Virus record (IMG/VR): IMGVR_UViG_2541047850_000002
Reading direction: 5' to 3' (one strand)
Origin: a virus
Taxonomy: Duplodnaviria > Heunggongvirae > Uroviricota > Caudoviricetes
DNA: 23,292 nucleotides
The translations under genes were made by a program, and so were the position numbers. Of the stretch, positions 1-10,163 are shown in pieces. The number at the start of each line of letters is the position of its first letter. The stretch's first letter is position 1. The notes beneath the pieces are model-generated. The model made no database searches and was not told where the DNA came from. It saw nothing but the letters and a program-made list of their open reading frames with translations.

Positions 1-37
1 CTACTGCGGACAGAATAACAGCACATAATTTACGCAT
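1..37 (-). CDS. Partial ORF (N-terminal 12 codons only, runs off window edge) beginning MRKLCAVILSAV; probable signal peptide of a Lom/Ail/PagC-like outer-membrane moron protein located just downstream of J
   Basis: ATG at 37..35 preceded by GAGAGG/GAGGT Shine-Dalgarno; hydrophobic signal-peptide-like start; same position as lom in lambda (immediately after J). Truncated, so family assignment is inference. Confidence 0.3.
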   Translation of the reverse strand, partial: MRKLCAVILSAV

Positions 38-61
38 AATTACCTCTCGCTTTTCTGCAAT

Positions 62-85
62 AAAAAAGGCGCCATTTCTGGCGCC
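62..85 (-). terminator. Intrinsic terminator-like hairpin after J (stem GGCGCC/GGCGCC, 6-nt loop, followed by T-run on minus strand)
   Basis: Seen in sequence: + strand AAAAAAGGCGCCATTTCTGGCGCC; on the minus strand the hairpin is followed by TTTTTTATT. Confidence 0.5.
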
Positions 86-104
86 CGTATTGGGGTTATA
101 AAAT

Positions 105-3100
105 TCAGCTAATCGTGATGCCTGCAGTGGCTTTCTTCATCACAACAACCAGCAAATCGCTGATACTTGCTGTGGGATACCAGCCATTTACCCACCATGC
201 TGATACAGAAAACTCCAGCGTCATGTGGCCGCGACCAGCAGGCATATCAATAACACCACTGTAAACCAGCGTATTATCCATCGCGGTACGGTTATAAATT
301 TCAGCACCGTTTTTCTTCACTATCAGGCGGCATGACGAATAAGTATCGCTGTTCTCCCGCTCATGTCTGGCACCGCTGAAAGCCACCGCCGGAATAACAA
401 TCTGCCGGTTAAACGGCTGATCGTCATAAACCCTGACGGTAATGGTTCCTGATGGCCAACGCTCCGGTGCCCGGGAGTCACGAGGGAAAGCCTTACCCAC
501 TGTTTTAACGAGATCGCCTTCAATCTGGTTTGCAGACAGTTTCCCTCTGATGACACAGTTCTCGTTAATGGTGACATTATTGAGCGTGCCGGTATTCGCC
601 GTGATGGCTCCACTGATATCCGCATTGCGGGCTGTCAGCCTGCCATCCGGCGTCAGGGAAAACGTCGGAGGATTGCCGGATGACGTGATGCTCACCGCAA
701 ACAGTCGCTTCAGGAACACGTCGTTCATGAACAGCTGATTCCCCTGCGCCACAAACAGCGGCGTGGTGTTGCCGTTCTCCGGGGTAATCATCGCAATGCG
801 ATCGGCCTGCAGCAGAATGTTACTCAGGGTCTGACCATCAACATCCTCAATCCCCGCACCAATCCCGGCCACATAGGGAATACCGTTTTTTGTTTTCTGC
901 ACCTTCAGCATATACATGGCATTCAGCTCATTGCGCGTGTCTGACTGAACCCGCTGGATTTGCTGTATGGTCACGGCCTGGTCACCCAGCTTTTTATCCG
1001 TGGTCGAGGTAATTTCACTCCCTTTTTTATCCACGTACTGGCGGACCTGTGCTATCTGTCGGGCGTTTTCTGACTGCCCCTGGCTGACAGTCTGTGAGAT
1101 TTCACTGCTCACCCGGTCCACTTTCTGGCTCACCTGCGCGATGGCCAGTGTCTGATCCTCATTCTTTTTCGCAACCAGCTGCGTGAGGCTGTTTTCCGCC
1201 TTCCCGATTTTCCGGGTCACTTCTGCGATATCCGTGTCCATCCGCTGACGGATATCTTCTTCCAGTTGCGTGACCTCCGTACGCAGCGCTGAAGCATCAA
1301 TGCGCTCTTTCAGTGCCTGACCCAGAAGCGTCTCATCTATCAGCCCCCGGAAAATTTCCAGATACCCTTCACCATCATTGCTGGGCTGCCCGCTGGCTTC
1401 CACAAAAGCAGATTTTCCCACCAGGTTGACGCTTCGCACGTAAAACCAGAAATCCGTCCCCGGCTTAATCCGGCTCCCCTGGACAGTCCACTGACTGCCG
1501 GTCCCCAGATAACGGGCAGATTTTTCCACCTGTGCTGTGTTCGTGATGCGTTTTTCTGAGAACCAGAATTCAAACTGTACCGTCGGGTCATACACCGCAA
1601 GACGCGGGACCGCCGTTATCTGAAAATACCCCGGCGTCAGCTCAATGGTGGCGGGTTTTGCAGGTGCGTTAATCCGGAACGATACCGACGCCGGATCGCC
1701 CTGCTGTCCCCGGGCATTTACCGCCCGGACCGTCAGCGTGTAACGCCCCAGCGCCAGCTGCCTGAAGCGGTAAGTGGTTTCCGCTGTCCGGGCCGTGCTG
1801 ACCAGCCGCTCACTGCCGTCATCCGCTGTTACGGTCAGACGGAGCAGGAAGCTCACGCCCTTCACCACCTTCGGCGTGTCCCAGCGCGCCAGCACCTGAT
1901 ATTCCCCGCTGTCTGCGGTGACTTCGGCGGTCAGGTGCTGCACCGCTGGCGGCGTGACACCATTCACCGTGCCGCTCTGGTCGCCGTCAAAGTGCGCTCC
2001 GTTATCCACGATGGCCTCTTTTTCCGGTACATGCTGCACGGCGGTGATGGCATACGCACCGTCATCGTTCTCCCGGATACTCACACAGCGGAACAGGCGC
2101 TGGCGCAGCGTCGGCAGCTTCAGCCCCCACACGCTGTATTCGGCAACGCCGTCAGGAATACGGCTCACTTTCACCTTCACGCCGTCGGTGACGGACTGGA
2201 CCTCCACGCTGACCGGATTCCCACTTCCGTCAACCAGGCTTATCAGCGTGGTGCCGGAGGATGACAGCATGATTTCACGGTCGAGCGTCAGCGTCCGGGT
2301 CTGGCTGTTCACCGCCAGCACGCGCCCGCCGGTGCTGATACCGGCATAGTCATCATCACAGATTTCAATGACATCGCCCGGAACATGGCGAAGCCCTTCT
2401 GCGCCGACGCTGAAGTCCACGGTCTGCGTTTCCAGCAGTTCTGTTTTAATCAGCCACAGCCCGGCGCGGTGTGCCTGCCCCCGGCTGGTACAGCCAAAGG
2501 CATCCATCTTCGTGACGTTACGACCGTAACGGGCAATGGCCTGCGTGTCCTCCACAAGCTCTGTTGCCGTCTCCCAGCCGTTATCCGGGTCAATCCAGTT
2601 CACCTCAACGGCATTATGGCGGTCCTTCAGGGCGCTGAAGCTGTAGTGGAACGGCGCGCCATCATCCGGCATCACCACATTACTGCGGTTATAGGTCCAC
2701 ACCTTATCCGACGGTCGGTCCTGCACGAACGTCAGCGTCTGCCCGTTCCATACCGGCATACAGCGCATCGCCGAGCAAAAATCACTGAGCACATCCCACG
2801 CCTTGCGCTGTGTGGTCAGGTACGCATTACAGGTGATGCGCGGCTCCGTGCCGCCAAAGCCGTCCGGCACTGACTGGTCGCAGTACTGGCCGATGACATA
2901 CAGCGCCCATTTATCCACATCCTCTGCACCAAGACGTTTCCCCATGCCGTAGCGCGGATGGGTCAGCATATCCCACAGACACCAGGCCATGTTGTTGCTG
3001 TATGCCGGTTTAAACGTTCCGTCCCAGATACCGCTGTATTGCCGCGTCTGCGGGTTATAATTCGACGGCACCTGCAGAATACGCCCGCGCAGATGATAAT

Positions 3101-3803
3101 TACGGCTCACCTGCTGGCTGCCGAACTGTTCCGAGTCCACCTGTACGCCGACCAGTGCCGTGTTCGGGTAGCACTGTTTCACATCGATGATTTCGGTGTA
3201 TGACGACCAGAGCGTTTTGTTCTGCAGCTGGTCTGTGGTGCTGTCCGGCGTCATCCTGCGCATCCGGATATTAAACGGGCGCGGCGGCAGGTTATCCACC
3301 ACCACCGAGGCCAGATACTGCGAGGTGGTTTTGCCTTTAATGGTGATGTCTTTTTCCGTCACCCAGCCACCATTACGCTGTATCTGAACCAGCAGGCGGA
3401 CTTCCGACGGATTCCGGTCACCCTTTGAGGTGGTTTCCACCAGTGCCTGCACACCGAAGGTAAAGCGCAGACGGTCGATGTTTGCCGACGTGATGGTGCG
3501 GGTGATCGGCGTGTCATATTTCACTTCTGTACCGAGCACCGTCTCGGAGCCGGAGGATTCAAAACCTTCCGGCGGTGTCTGCTCCTGCTCACCTGCCCGG
3601 AACACCACCGTGACGCCGGAGATGTTGGTATTCCCCTCACTGTCCAGCACCGGCGTACTGTTCAGCAGCACGCTTTTTAATCCATCCACCGGACCTTCAA
3701 TCGGCCCTTCGCTGATGGCATCAATCACACTCAGCAGTTGCGTGGACTTCAGGTTGTCCTTCGCTTCGCGCGGGGTATGCCCCTTACTGCTTCCTTTGCC
3801 CAT
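105..3803 (-). CDS. J: Tail tip / host specificity protein J (central tail fibre), 1232 aa
   Basis: N-terminus [37 protein letters not shown] matches my recollection of lambda J; large size; position at distal end of tail operon after I. C-terminal ~250 aa look divergent from lambda (receptor-binding region). Confidence 0.93.
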   Translation of the reverse strand: MGKGSSKGHTPREAKDNLKSTQLLSVIDAISEGPIEGPVDGLKSVLLNSTPVLDSEGNTNISGVTVVFRAGEQEQTPPEGFESSGSETVLGTEVKYDTPITRTITSANIDRLRFTFGVQALVETTSKGDRNPSEVRLLVQIQRNGGWVTEKDITIKGKTTSQYLASVVVDNLPPRPFNIRMRRMTPDSTTDQLQNKTLWSSYTEIIDVKQCYPNTALVGVQVDSEQFGSQQVSRNYHLRGRILQVPSNYNPQTRQYSGIWDGTFKPAYSNNMAWCLWDMLTHPRYGMGKRLGAEDVDKWALYVIGQYCDQSVPDGFGGTEPRITCNAYLTTQRKAWDVLSDFCSAMRCMPVWNGQTLTFVQDRPSDKVWTYNRSNVVMPDDGAPFHYSFSALKDRHNAVEVNWIDPDNGWETATELVEDTQAIARYGRNVTKMDAFGCTSRGQAHRAGLWLIKTELLETQTVDFSVGAEGLRHVPGDVIEICDDDYAGISTGGRVLAVNSQTRTLTLDREIMLSSSGTTLISLVDGSGNPVSVEVQSVTDGVKVKVSRIPDGVAEYSVWGLKLPTLRQRLFRCVSIRENDDGAYAITAVQHVPEKEAIVDNGAHFDGDQSGTVNGVTPPAVQHLTAEVTADSGEYQVLARWDTPKVVKGVSFLLRLTVTADDGSERLVSTARTAETTYRFRQLALGRYTLTVRAVNARGQQGDPASVSFRINAPAKPATIELTPGYFQITAVPRLAVYDPTVQFEFWFSEKRITNTAQVEKSARYLGTGSQWTVQGSRIKPGTDFWFYVRSVNLVGKSAFVEASGQPSNDGEGYLEIFRGLIDETLLGQALKERIDASALRTEVTQLEEDIRQRMDTDIAEVTRKIGKAENSLTQLVAKKNEDQTLAIAQVSQKVDRVSSEISQTVSQGQSENARQIAQVRQYVDKKGSEITSTTDKKLGDQAVTIQQIQRVQSDTRNELNAMYMLKVQKTKNGIPYVAGIGAGIEDVDGQTLSNILLQADRIAMITPENGNTTPLFVAQGNQLFMNDVFLKRLFAVSITSSGNPPTFSLTPDGRLTARNADISGAITANTGTLNNVTINENCVIRGKLSANQIEGDLVKTVGKAFPRDSRAPERWPSGTITVRVYDDQPFNRQIVIPAVAFSGARHERENSDTYSSCRLIVKKNGAEIYNRTAMDNTLVYSGVIDMPAGRGHMTLEFSVSAWWVNGWYPTASISDLLVVVMKKATAGITIS

Positions 3804-3835
3804 TCGTCATGCTCCATAAACGACAAAACCGCCCG

Positions 3836-3855
3836 GAGGCGGTTTCACATGAAAT
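3836..3855 (-). terminator. Hairpin with short T-tract between I and J (AAACCGCC-CGGA-GGCGGTTT); weak terminator or RNA stability element
   Basis: Seen in sequence; inverted repeat in the 60-bp I-J intergenic gap; T-run partly within stem so termination efficiency uncertain. Confidence 0.3.
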
Positions 3856-3863
3856 ATTTTGCA

Positions 3864-4511
3864 TCAGCGGCCAATCACCACAACCTGACCACCGTCCCCT
3901 TCATCTGCCGTGCTGATCTCCTGAGAAACCACACGAGACCCCACGCGCATTTCACCGTACAGAACAGGCAGAACATTGCCCTGGGCAACCATGTTATCCA
4001 GTGATGAGAAATAGGTGTTCTGCTTACCGTTATCCGTGCTGGTCGCTGTGGGCGTCCGGGCTTTCGGTGCCAGCATCTGGGCCACACCACCCAGGATCAT
4101 ACTGGCCCCTGCCGCATACATGCCCGATACAGCCGCGGCACCCAGCCAGCCCACAGGGTTCCACCATGCCACCGCAATCAGCGCCGCCCCCAGCACCACC
4201 TGAAACACACCGCCACTTTTAGCTCCCGCCAGACGCGGCACGATGTGGATCACGGCACCATTTGCCAGCGGCTCATTAAGACGGGCAGATAATTCGGTTT
4301 CACCTGCATCACGCCCGGCAATGCGCACCTGATACCAGCCGTCATTCAGTTTCTGACGAAACGCCGGGAGCTGTGTGGACAACGCCCGGATGGCTTCAGC
4401 CCCCGTTTTTACACGAAGGTCGATGCGGCGGCCAAATCGTTGTAAATCCCCGTAAAGGCAGATGCGTGCCATGCCCGGTGACGCCAGAGGGAGTGTGTGC
4501 GTCGCTGCCAT
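3864..4511 (-). CDS. I: Tail assembly protein I (lambda I-like), 215 aa
   Basis: Translation MAATHTLPLASPG...GNVLPVLYGEMRVGSRVVSQEISTADEGDGGQVVVIGR resembles lambda I as I recall it; overlaps K 3' end by ~100 nt as in lambda. Confidence 0.88.
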   Translation of the reverse strand: MAATHTLPLASPGMARICLYGDLQRFGRRIDLRVKTGAEAIRALSTQLPAFRQKLNDGWYQVRIAGRDAGETELSARLNEPLANGAVIHIVPRLAGAKSGGVFQVVLGAALIAVAWWNPVGWLGAAAVSGMYAAGASMILGGVAQMLAPKARTPTATSTDNGKQNTYFSSLDNMVAQGNVLPVLYGEMRVGSRVVSQEISTADEGDGGQVVVIGR

Positions 4512-5152
4512 TTGTCGGTATACCTCTCTCGTTTGCTCAGTTGTTCAGGAATATGGTGCAACAGCTCACCGTCGCCGCAGTAAATGGCGGCATGATTCGG
4601 CACCGATGAACCAAAACAGCACAGCAGCACATCGCCCGGCTGCGCCGCTGACAACGGCACCTGATACAGCCCTGTGGCCTCCAGATTATCCAGATAGAGA
4701 TTCTGGCCGTTACACCACCAGTCATCCTCACGATGAAAGTCCGGCATCTCAATCCCCGCCAGATGATAAGCATCCCGGAACAGCGTGTAACAGTCCGTCG
4801 CCCCGTGCTCAAAGCGCCGCCCGGTAAGATGCGGCACACAGCGGAATTTATGAATCTCACCCCGGCAGACCAGCCACCAAGGCAAATCGCTCTGCACCTG
4901 CAGCCGCCTGTCAGCCTCACTCAGCCAGGGCAGGCCACCGGGGTGGCTGTGGACCAGCGCCACAATCTCACCCTGCATCTCTGCCCGCAGCCAGTCCTCC
5001 GGCGACATCCGGAAATACGCCTCCGGCTCACCGGAGATATTCACGCAGGGAAAATATCTTTCCCCTTCCGGCGTTCTCACCACGAAGCCGCACGACTCCG
5101 CTGGCGCACATCGCCGGGCGTGCGCCAGAATCGCTGATTCTGTCTGTGTCAT
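4409..5152 (-). CDS. K: Tail tip assembly protein K-like; MPN/JAMM motif (HSHPGG...SEAD) plus NlpC/P60-like C-terminal region
   Basis: JAMM-type HxHx7Sx2D motif visible (ALVHSHPGGLPWLSEAD); start set at ATG 5152 (MTQTESAIL...) 4 nt after L stop; the ORF-track start at 5194 is a TTG. An alternative shorter start (MSPEDWL, 5008) would give 199 aa. Confidence 0.85.
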   Translation of the reverse strand: MTQTESAILAHARRCAPAESCGFVVRTPEGERYFPCVNISGEPEAYFRMSPEDWLRAEMQGEIVALVHSHPGGLPWLSEADRRLQVQSDLPWWLVCRGEIHKFRCVPHLTGRRFEHGATDCYTLFRDAYHLAGIEMPDFHREDDWWCNGQNLYLDNLEATGLYQVPLSAAQPGDVLLCCFGSSVPNHAAIYCGDGELLHHIPEQLSKRERYTDKWQRRTHSLWRHRAWHASAFTGIYNDLAAASTFV

Positions 5153-5156
5153 GGGA

Positions 5157-5855
5157 TTACTGCGAAAGTTTGTTAATGGAAAGGAAGCCGCCAAAGTTGC
5201 CGACGTTATTGCGAAACTTACAGCCGCTCAGGCATTTGCTGCATTTATCCTTCGTGATATCGGACGTCGGCTGGTCATATTCATCCGCAACCGCCGGACC
5301 GTGATAACCGCACTCATCACCGCGATAGGTCCAGGTGCAGGTGTTGGCCAGCATGGTACGTCCCGGAAAAACAGCACCATCCGTTTCCGTCGGCGTGGAC
5401 AGTACAAAAGAGGCACTCACCGCGCTCAGTTCGCTGCACTGCTCGATGCGCCAGCGGCTGATCACCTCCTGCTCTGGATCGGCTTCGCTGTTTCCGTTGA
5501 CGAAGTTCACCACATCCAGAAAACGGGCGTAAACCTTACGCCTGACCACCGTTCCGCCGACCAGACTCTGCAGGTCTTCCGCCATCCCGGTGACCATGCC
5601 GTGCAGATTAGAGACTTTCAGCGTTGGCCTTGCACTGGCTCCTTTGCCGTTCATCTCAAATCCACTTCCCTGAATGGGATAGGCCTGATACTGCCGCCCC
5701 TGCCAGGTGACTGGTTCACCTTTTTCGTTCTGCTCATTACAGAAGAAATAACGATCTCCGCCGACCTCTGTCAGATCAATTTCCCAGAGCACGACCAGCG
5801 CGGATTGCTCCGTTTTAGTGCACTCATTGAGTGTTTCCTGCTGTATATCCTGCAT
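5157..5855 (-). CDS. L: Minor tail protein L-like, 232 aa
   Basis: Position between M and K; length identical to lambda L (232 aa); Cys-rich C-terminus (CSKCLSGCKF) consistent with lambda L Fe-S cluster region (recollection). Confidence 0.88.
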   Translation of the reverse strand: MQDIQQETLNECTKTEQSALVVLWEIDLTEVGGDRYFFCNEQNEKGEPVTWQGRQYQAYPIQGSGFEMNGKGASARPTLKVSNLHGMVTGMAEDLQSLVGGTVVRRKVYARFLDVVNFVNGNSEADPEQEVISRWRIEQCSELSAVSASFVLSTPTETDGAVFPGRTMLANTCTWTYRGDECGYHGPAVADEYDQPTSDITKDKCSKCLSGCKFRNNVGNFGGFLSINKLSQ

Positions 5856-6154
5856 CAGTGAGTGACCTCTTCAAAGGTACAGTTAAAATCGGTATACATG
5901 GCATTATCCGAAATGCTCCACTCCCTGCAGACAACCCGGACAGTCCTGTTGTGTTTTGGCGGACGCCACAAAAAAGCACGAACCCCGGCATGACGGGATA
6001 AAAAACTGTCCAGCGCGGCACGGGAATATTCATCCGTGACACGAAATACCGGTTTAAACGTTTTCAGATCTGCATTCAGACCACCAGCCCGTCGCTGTTC
6101 ATATCCGTCACCGAACTTTACCGTAATAACAGATGGCTTTCGTGTCGTCTCCAT
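5855..6154 (-). CDS. Minor tail protein M-like (~99 aa)
   Basis: Start chosen at ATG 6154 (METTRKPSV...) just after H stop with adjacent GGGG SD; ORF-track start at 6241 would overlap H. Motif VKFGDGYEQR...FLWRPP resembles lambda M (KVRFGDGYSQR...FLWTPP). Confidence 0.75.
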   Translation of the reverse strand: METTRKPSVITVKFGDGYEQRRAGGLNADLKTFKPVFRVTDEYSRAALDSFLSRHAGVRAFLWRPPKHNRTVRVVCREWSISDNAMYTDFNCTFEEVTH

Positions 6155-6188
6155 CCCCTCGCGGGGGATCCAGTTAAAAACTTCAGAC

Positions 6189-9100
6189 TCAGGCACTGCA
6201 TAATCCTCCGTCCCGACGTGATGACTGCATAATTGACACAACCCTGCTGTCGATCAGATCCACCAGTCCCCTGGCTGAGCGCGCATCTATCTCGCCATTG
6301 CTCCCTTGATTCTGAATGCTGATGTGATACACGGGAGAATAAACAAATCCACCGCCACCATTCACATTTCCAATGGCCCTGACCCCAAGAGAGCCGTCCG
6401 CTGCCCGTGTCAGTGGCATGATTGCTTCAGGCCCGGCCTCGCCCATCAGCCCGGCACCTTTCGCAAAAGCAAAATACGTCGGGGTATCCACAATGGTGTT
6501 ACTGTAAGCACTCAGATTTGCCGATGTATAAACACCACCTTTTGCGTTTGCCACTGCACCGGAAAGCCAGTCGCCGACTGTACCAAGCCATCCTCCGGCA
6601 CCGGACATGCTTTTGGAAAGTGACTTCAGCCCGTTAACGATGGCAGCGTTCATCAGAATTTTTGAAACTTCCTGGAGAATTGAACTCCCCCAGTTTCTCC
6701 AGTCCACAACATTTCCGGCCAGTGCATCGGAAATATTTGATACCAGCCCGTCCATAGTGGAAACGACAGCATCTGCCGCCTGCGAAGCATAATCGGTGGC
6801 ACTGTCTGCCCAGTTCGTCAGTCCCTCCTGGAGTCCGGCATTCCAGTTACTGCGTAAAGCATCAGCCTTTGCATAATAATCCTGCTGATCGCTGAGACGC
6901 TCTTCCAGATATTTTTCATTCAGAGATTTTTCCTGTTTCCACAGGGCTTCTTCAATTTCTCCGGCCTGATACTGTCTCAGTAGCTCGTTATTTTTCTGCT
7001 CAAACTCCTGCCGGATGCTCCACATTTCCTGAAGTCGTTCACGCATCCGTGAGCCTTCACCATATCCCAGTAACTGAGCCTCATTTGATGCTCTGACACT
7101 GGCATTACTGTCCGCCAGACTGCTCTCATACGCAGCAAGCTGCTCACGAATCTTTTTCTGGTCGATGAGTGCTGCATTCTGCAAAAGCGTTTTTTTCTGC
7201 GCTTCTGACAGGGTTGATAATTCGCCCTGGCTGACCTGATATTTCATCTTAGCCAGTTCAGTATTCTGCCCTGCCAGTGCTATTTGCTCTTTTTGCTGTT
7301 TAATCAGTTGCTTATAAGTATCTTCTATTTTTTCCGCTTCGGTCTTTTTATGCGCTTTGGGTTTATTTGCCTGGTTATTTCGCCATGCATCCAGTGAGTT
7401 ATTTATATAATTCAGTCTTGCTGTCTGATACGCCTCTCCCACAAAGCCGAGATCATCCGCAGCATAACCCAGGCGGGCACGCTCACGAGCTTCCCCCTTC
7501 AGGCGGGACAGAGCCAGTTCGCGCTCGCTGTTATTCAGTGCGGTCTGCTGTTTATCATCCAGGGTTGCCTGTGGTAGCCGTAACGGTACATTCACCAGCC
7601 CCTGTCGCTGCTGAAGTAATTCATTACCGAGCCCGAGAAGGCGATTAAACTCGGTATGCTGCCCATTCATGATCAACAGGGACTGATACGCTTTGTTTTG
7701 TTCCGCTGCCTGTTGACGGATCAACGCCACCCGTCGCTCCTCCAGCCCGGCAAGCACATCCTGAATGGATTGCGCTTTGCCCTGCATTTGAGTGAGGCGA
7801 GACTGTTCAACTGCCAGTTGATTTGTTGCTTCTGCAAGCCCTTCTGTGACAGTTTTTACCGACGTCATGTGGTTAATCATAAAACCGTTATCGGTTGTCC
7901 AGCCCGGGTTTGCCAGCACATACTGATAGCCAGCAATTTTTTCCTGTAAGGATTTAATCTTACTTTTCTGCTCGTCAATTAACCTGTTTTGCTCCTTCAG
8001 TGCCTGTCGCGTCTTTTCCTCATTATCTGACGCTTCAGGAAGCGACATTGCCGACGTTTTCTGGCGAATTTCGTCGATTGTTGCGGCATACTGTCGTGCA
8101 GATTCTCTGGCCTGCTCCTGATTCTGATACATCGTGTACCAGGCCGCAGCCCCCAGCATGACGAGTCCCGGCACACCACCAACCAGCCCCAGCGCGCCAC
8201 TTAATAAACGACTCCCCACTGACGTAACATTATTCAGCGTTGTCTGTGCCGCTGTTCTGGCCGCAATATTACGGGTAAGTGACACCTGGGCAGCTGTCAG
8301 CTTCGCTTCTGCTGCGGCCTGCCTTTCGGTACCGCGAGCAGCAACAACCGCCTGTTGCGCACGATAAACCGCCGCACGCGCCCTGGCGGTTGCTATCTGT
8401 ATCCCCCGAAGTTGCACTTCAGCAAGAGCCACTTCGTTTCTGGCTGCAGTAATTAATCCGGCAGTTGCAGATCCAGCAGACGACGCCATATTGCCAAAAT
8501 ATCGGGCTACCCCGACGGCAACCAGAGCACCAGCAGCGGTTGCCACGGTGTCAATATTGCCTGCAATACCATTCAGCACACCGGAGAGCGTCTTCGTCAC
8601 TCCGCTTGCCTCGTTCGCACCACCAACCCAGGCCATAAAGGCGTTTTCAACTTTGGTTGCAGAGGATGAAACCGTATCAGGCATTGCTGCATATTCATCA
8701 CGCAACGCCCCAAGCTGACTAATCAGTGCAGGAACAACCTTATCGGCGGTCAGTTTTCCGTTATCCGCCATGGCCTTCAGATCCTTACGGGCAACCCCCA
8801 TTCCCGCAGCCAGCGCACGAATAACACGATCGCCGTTCTCATTCACCGAGTTAAACTCTTCACCGCGCAGCACTCCCTGCGCCAGTGCCTGACTGAACTG
8901 CGTGATCACCGAACTGGCTTCTGCTGTACTGGCACCGGATAATTTCAGGCCCGTGGAGATCGCCTCGGTGACTTTCAGTACCTCCTCAGAACTGTAACCA
9001 TACTCCCGCATGGAAGCTGCAGAACGGGCAAAAAGGCTGGCGTTATCAGAAAACGCCGTCCCCGTTCTCTGGCTGATCGCCATTAATTCACGCTGTGATG

Positions 9101-9434
9101 ACTGAAAATCATCACTGGACTGTGAGGCCTGCTTCAGACGGGCATTTACTGAATTCCACTCATCGGCGAGAGAAATAAGATGACCGGTAGCAAAAGCCCC
9201 GGCAAATGCCCCCGCCATGTTCAGTGCCGAAGATTTAGCTGTATTTATCTGATCCGTCACTTCTGCCAGTGCACGCCGCATTTCACGGGATGCAGCAGCG
9301 GACTGTCGGCCTCCGTTCTGCATGGTACGGTAGTAATCCTGCCCCATACGCGAAGCCCGGGAGATCTCTGACTGGAATGACCGGGAATTTGCCGAGATTT
9401 TAATAATCAGTTCACGTAATGTCGCCACACTCAT
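6189..9434 (-). CDS. Tail tape measure protein (H-like), 1081 aa
   Basis: Very long, Ala/Gln-rich, predicted coiled-coil-like repeats, hydrophobic patch, location downstream of G/GT chaperone pair; GGAGA SD 5 nt upstream of ATG. Confidence 0.9.
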   Translation of the reverse strand: MSVATLRELIIKISANSRSFQSEISRASRMGQDYYRTMQNGGRQSAAASREMRRALAEVTDQINTAKSSALNMAGAFAGAFATGHLISLADEWNSVNARLKQASQSSDDFQSSQRELMAISQRTGTAFSDNASLFARSAASMREYGYSSEEVLKVTEAISTGLKLSGASTAEASSVITQFSQALAQGVLRGEEFNSVNENGDRVIRALAAGMGVARKDLKAMADNGKLTADKVVPALISQLGALRDEYAAMPDTVSSSATKVENAFMAWVGGANEASGVTKTLSGVLNGIAGNIDTVATAAGALVAVGVARYFGNMASSAGSATAGLITAARNEVALAEVQLRGIQIATARARAAVYRAQQAVVAARGTERQAAAEAKLTAAQVSLTRNIAARTAAQTTLNNVTSVGSRLLSGALGLVGGVPGLVMLGAAAWYTMYQNQEQARESARQYAATIDEIRQKTSAMSLPEASDNEEKTRQALKEQNRLIDEQKSKIKSLQEKIAGYQYVLANPGWTTDNGFMINHMTSVKTVTEGLAEATNQLAVEQSRLTQMQGKAQSIQDVLAGLEERRVALIRQQAAEQNKAYQSLLIMNGQHTEFNRLLGLGNELLQQRQGLVNVPLRLPQATLDDKQQTALNNSERELALSRLKGEARERARLGYAADDLGFVGEAYQTARLNYINNSLDAWRNNQANKPKAHKKTEAEKIEDTYKQLIKQQKEQIALAGQNTELAKMKYQVSQGELSTLSEAQKKTLLQNAALIDQKKIREQLAAYESSLADSNASVRASNEAQLLGYGEGSRMRERLQEMWSIRQEFEQKNNELLRQYQAGEIEEALWKQEKSLNEKYLEERLSDQQDYYAKADALRSNWNAGLQEGLTNWADSATDYASQAADAVVSTMDGLVSNISDALAGNVVDWRNWGSSILQEVSKILMNAAIVNGLKSLSKSMSGAGGWLGTVGDWLSGAVANAKGGVYTSANLSAYSNTIVDTPTYFAFAKGAGLMGEAGPEAIMPLTRAADGSLGVRAIGNVNGGGGFVYSPVYHISIQNQGSNGEIDARSARGLVDLIDSRVVSIMQSSRRDGGLCSA

Positions 9435-9444
9435 TCTCCGGACG

Positions 9445-9466
9445 AAAAAAAACCGCCGAAGCGGTT
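9445..9466 (-). terminator. Hairpin (AACCGC-TTCG-GCGGTT, UUCG tetraloop on minus strand) followed by T-run, between GT stop and H SD
   Basis: Seen in sequence: + strand GACGAAAAAAAACCGCCGAAGCGGTT; on minus strand stem is followed by T6+. Confidence 0.4.
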
Positions 9467-9474
9467 ATGTTGAC

Positions 9475-10163
9475 TCACTGAGACACTATTAAAAGCGCGT
9501 TTTCCAGTCCAGCAAATGGATCTGATACGCCTTCTGTCTGCTCCTTCTCCCACTGAAGAAGCGCATCATTCAGTGGCACTTTGACCCCCTGCGCACCGTA
9601 AACAGCTGAAACAATCTGGGCAGCCCGGATATCAGCCCGTTCGTCCCCCAGCGGGCTGAACCTGTCAAATTCTGCCCACATCATGATTTCTGATGCGGAC
9701 ATTTCCCGGCGTAACTCTGACAATGTGCGCCCCATCCTGAGCGCCAGCATCATCAGAAAACGCATCCCCGGAAGCGCTACTTTTTTTTAACCTCGCCGGC
9801 ATCACTGATTAGTTCCAGAGACTGCCGAAGAAGCCGCGCATGCACCGGGCCATACACGGCAATCACCTGTTCACGATCATCCTCTGAAAATACAGGTTGC
9901 AGTCCGGTATCACACAGAACATCGATGAACAGTTCAACATCCGCTTCCAGATTTCGGCGGGCGCGCTCCGCAACGGATAACGGTGTCTCATCATCTTTTG
10001 CTTTAACGATCTCCTGCCAGCGCAACCAGGCTTCTGCAGAAGGTTCCCGTAATACAACCGTTGCCCCTTCCCATTCAGGCACATCAACAGTTTTATGGCG
10101 AAACCCCGACATCGTTGCCAGTGCCAGATTACGGATATTTTTAGTCATCACATCTATCCTCAT
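9475..10163 (-). CDS. Tail assembly chaperone GT fusion, produced by programmed -1 ribosomal frameshift from the G frame into the T frame (T-frame part 9475..9786)
   Basis: G ORF ends GEVKKK* over slippery A_AAA_AAG; the -1 frame is open from the slip site (KKVALPGMRFLMMLA...) to stop at 9475; frame arithmetic checked by hand (G codons start at p=2 mod 3, T at p=0 mod 3 on minus strand). Confidence 0.7.
9777..10163 (-). CDS. Tail assembly chaperone G-like, 128 aa
   Basis: Position immediately upstream of tape measure; start ATG overlaps V stop (TAATG); acidic small protein; ends in slippery site. Confidence 0.8.
   Translation of the reverse strand: MRIDVMTKNIRNLALATMSGFRHKTVDVPEWEGATVVLREPSAEAWLRWQEIVKAKDDETPLSVAERARRNLEADVELFIDVLCDTGLQPVFSEDDREQVIAVYGPVHARLLRQSLELISDAGEVKKK
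9780..9786 (-). promoter_or_regulatory. -1 programmed frameshift slippery heptamer A_AAA_AAG (within A8 run)
   Basis: Seen in sequence: minus strand GGC GAG GTT AAA AAA AAG TAG; canonical X_XXY_YYZ site at the 3' end of G, conserved feature of tail chaperone genes. Confidence 0.65.

Noticed and set aside
2385-2873. + strand ORF (162 aa) and other + strand ORFs at 442-738, 1918-2349, 2958-3203, 3430-3819 inside J
   Set aside because: Antisense shadow ORFs within a well-supported 1232-aa minus-strand gene; His/Arg-rich translations typical of reverse-frame artefacts in GC-rich coding sequence.
4409-5194. ORF-track 261-aa version of K starting at 5194
   Set aside because: Start codon at 5194 is TTG and would overlap L by 38 nt; ATG at 5152 directly after the L stop is the more plausible start.
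5151-5861. + strand ORF of 236 aa antisense to L
   Set aside because: Completely overlaps the L-like gene on the opposite strand; no SD or independent support.
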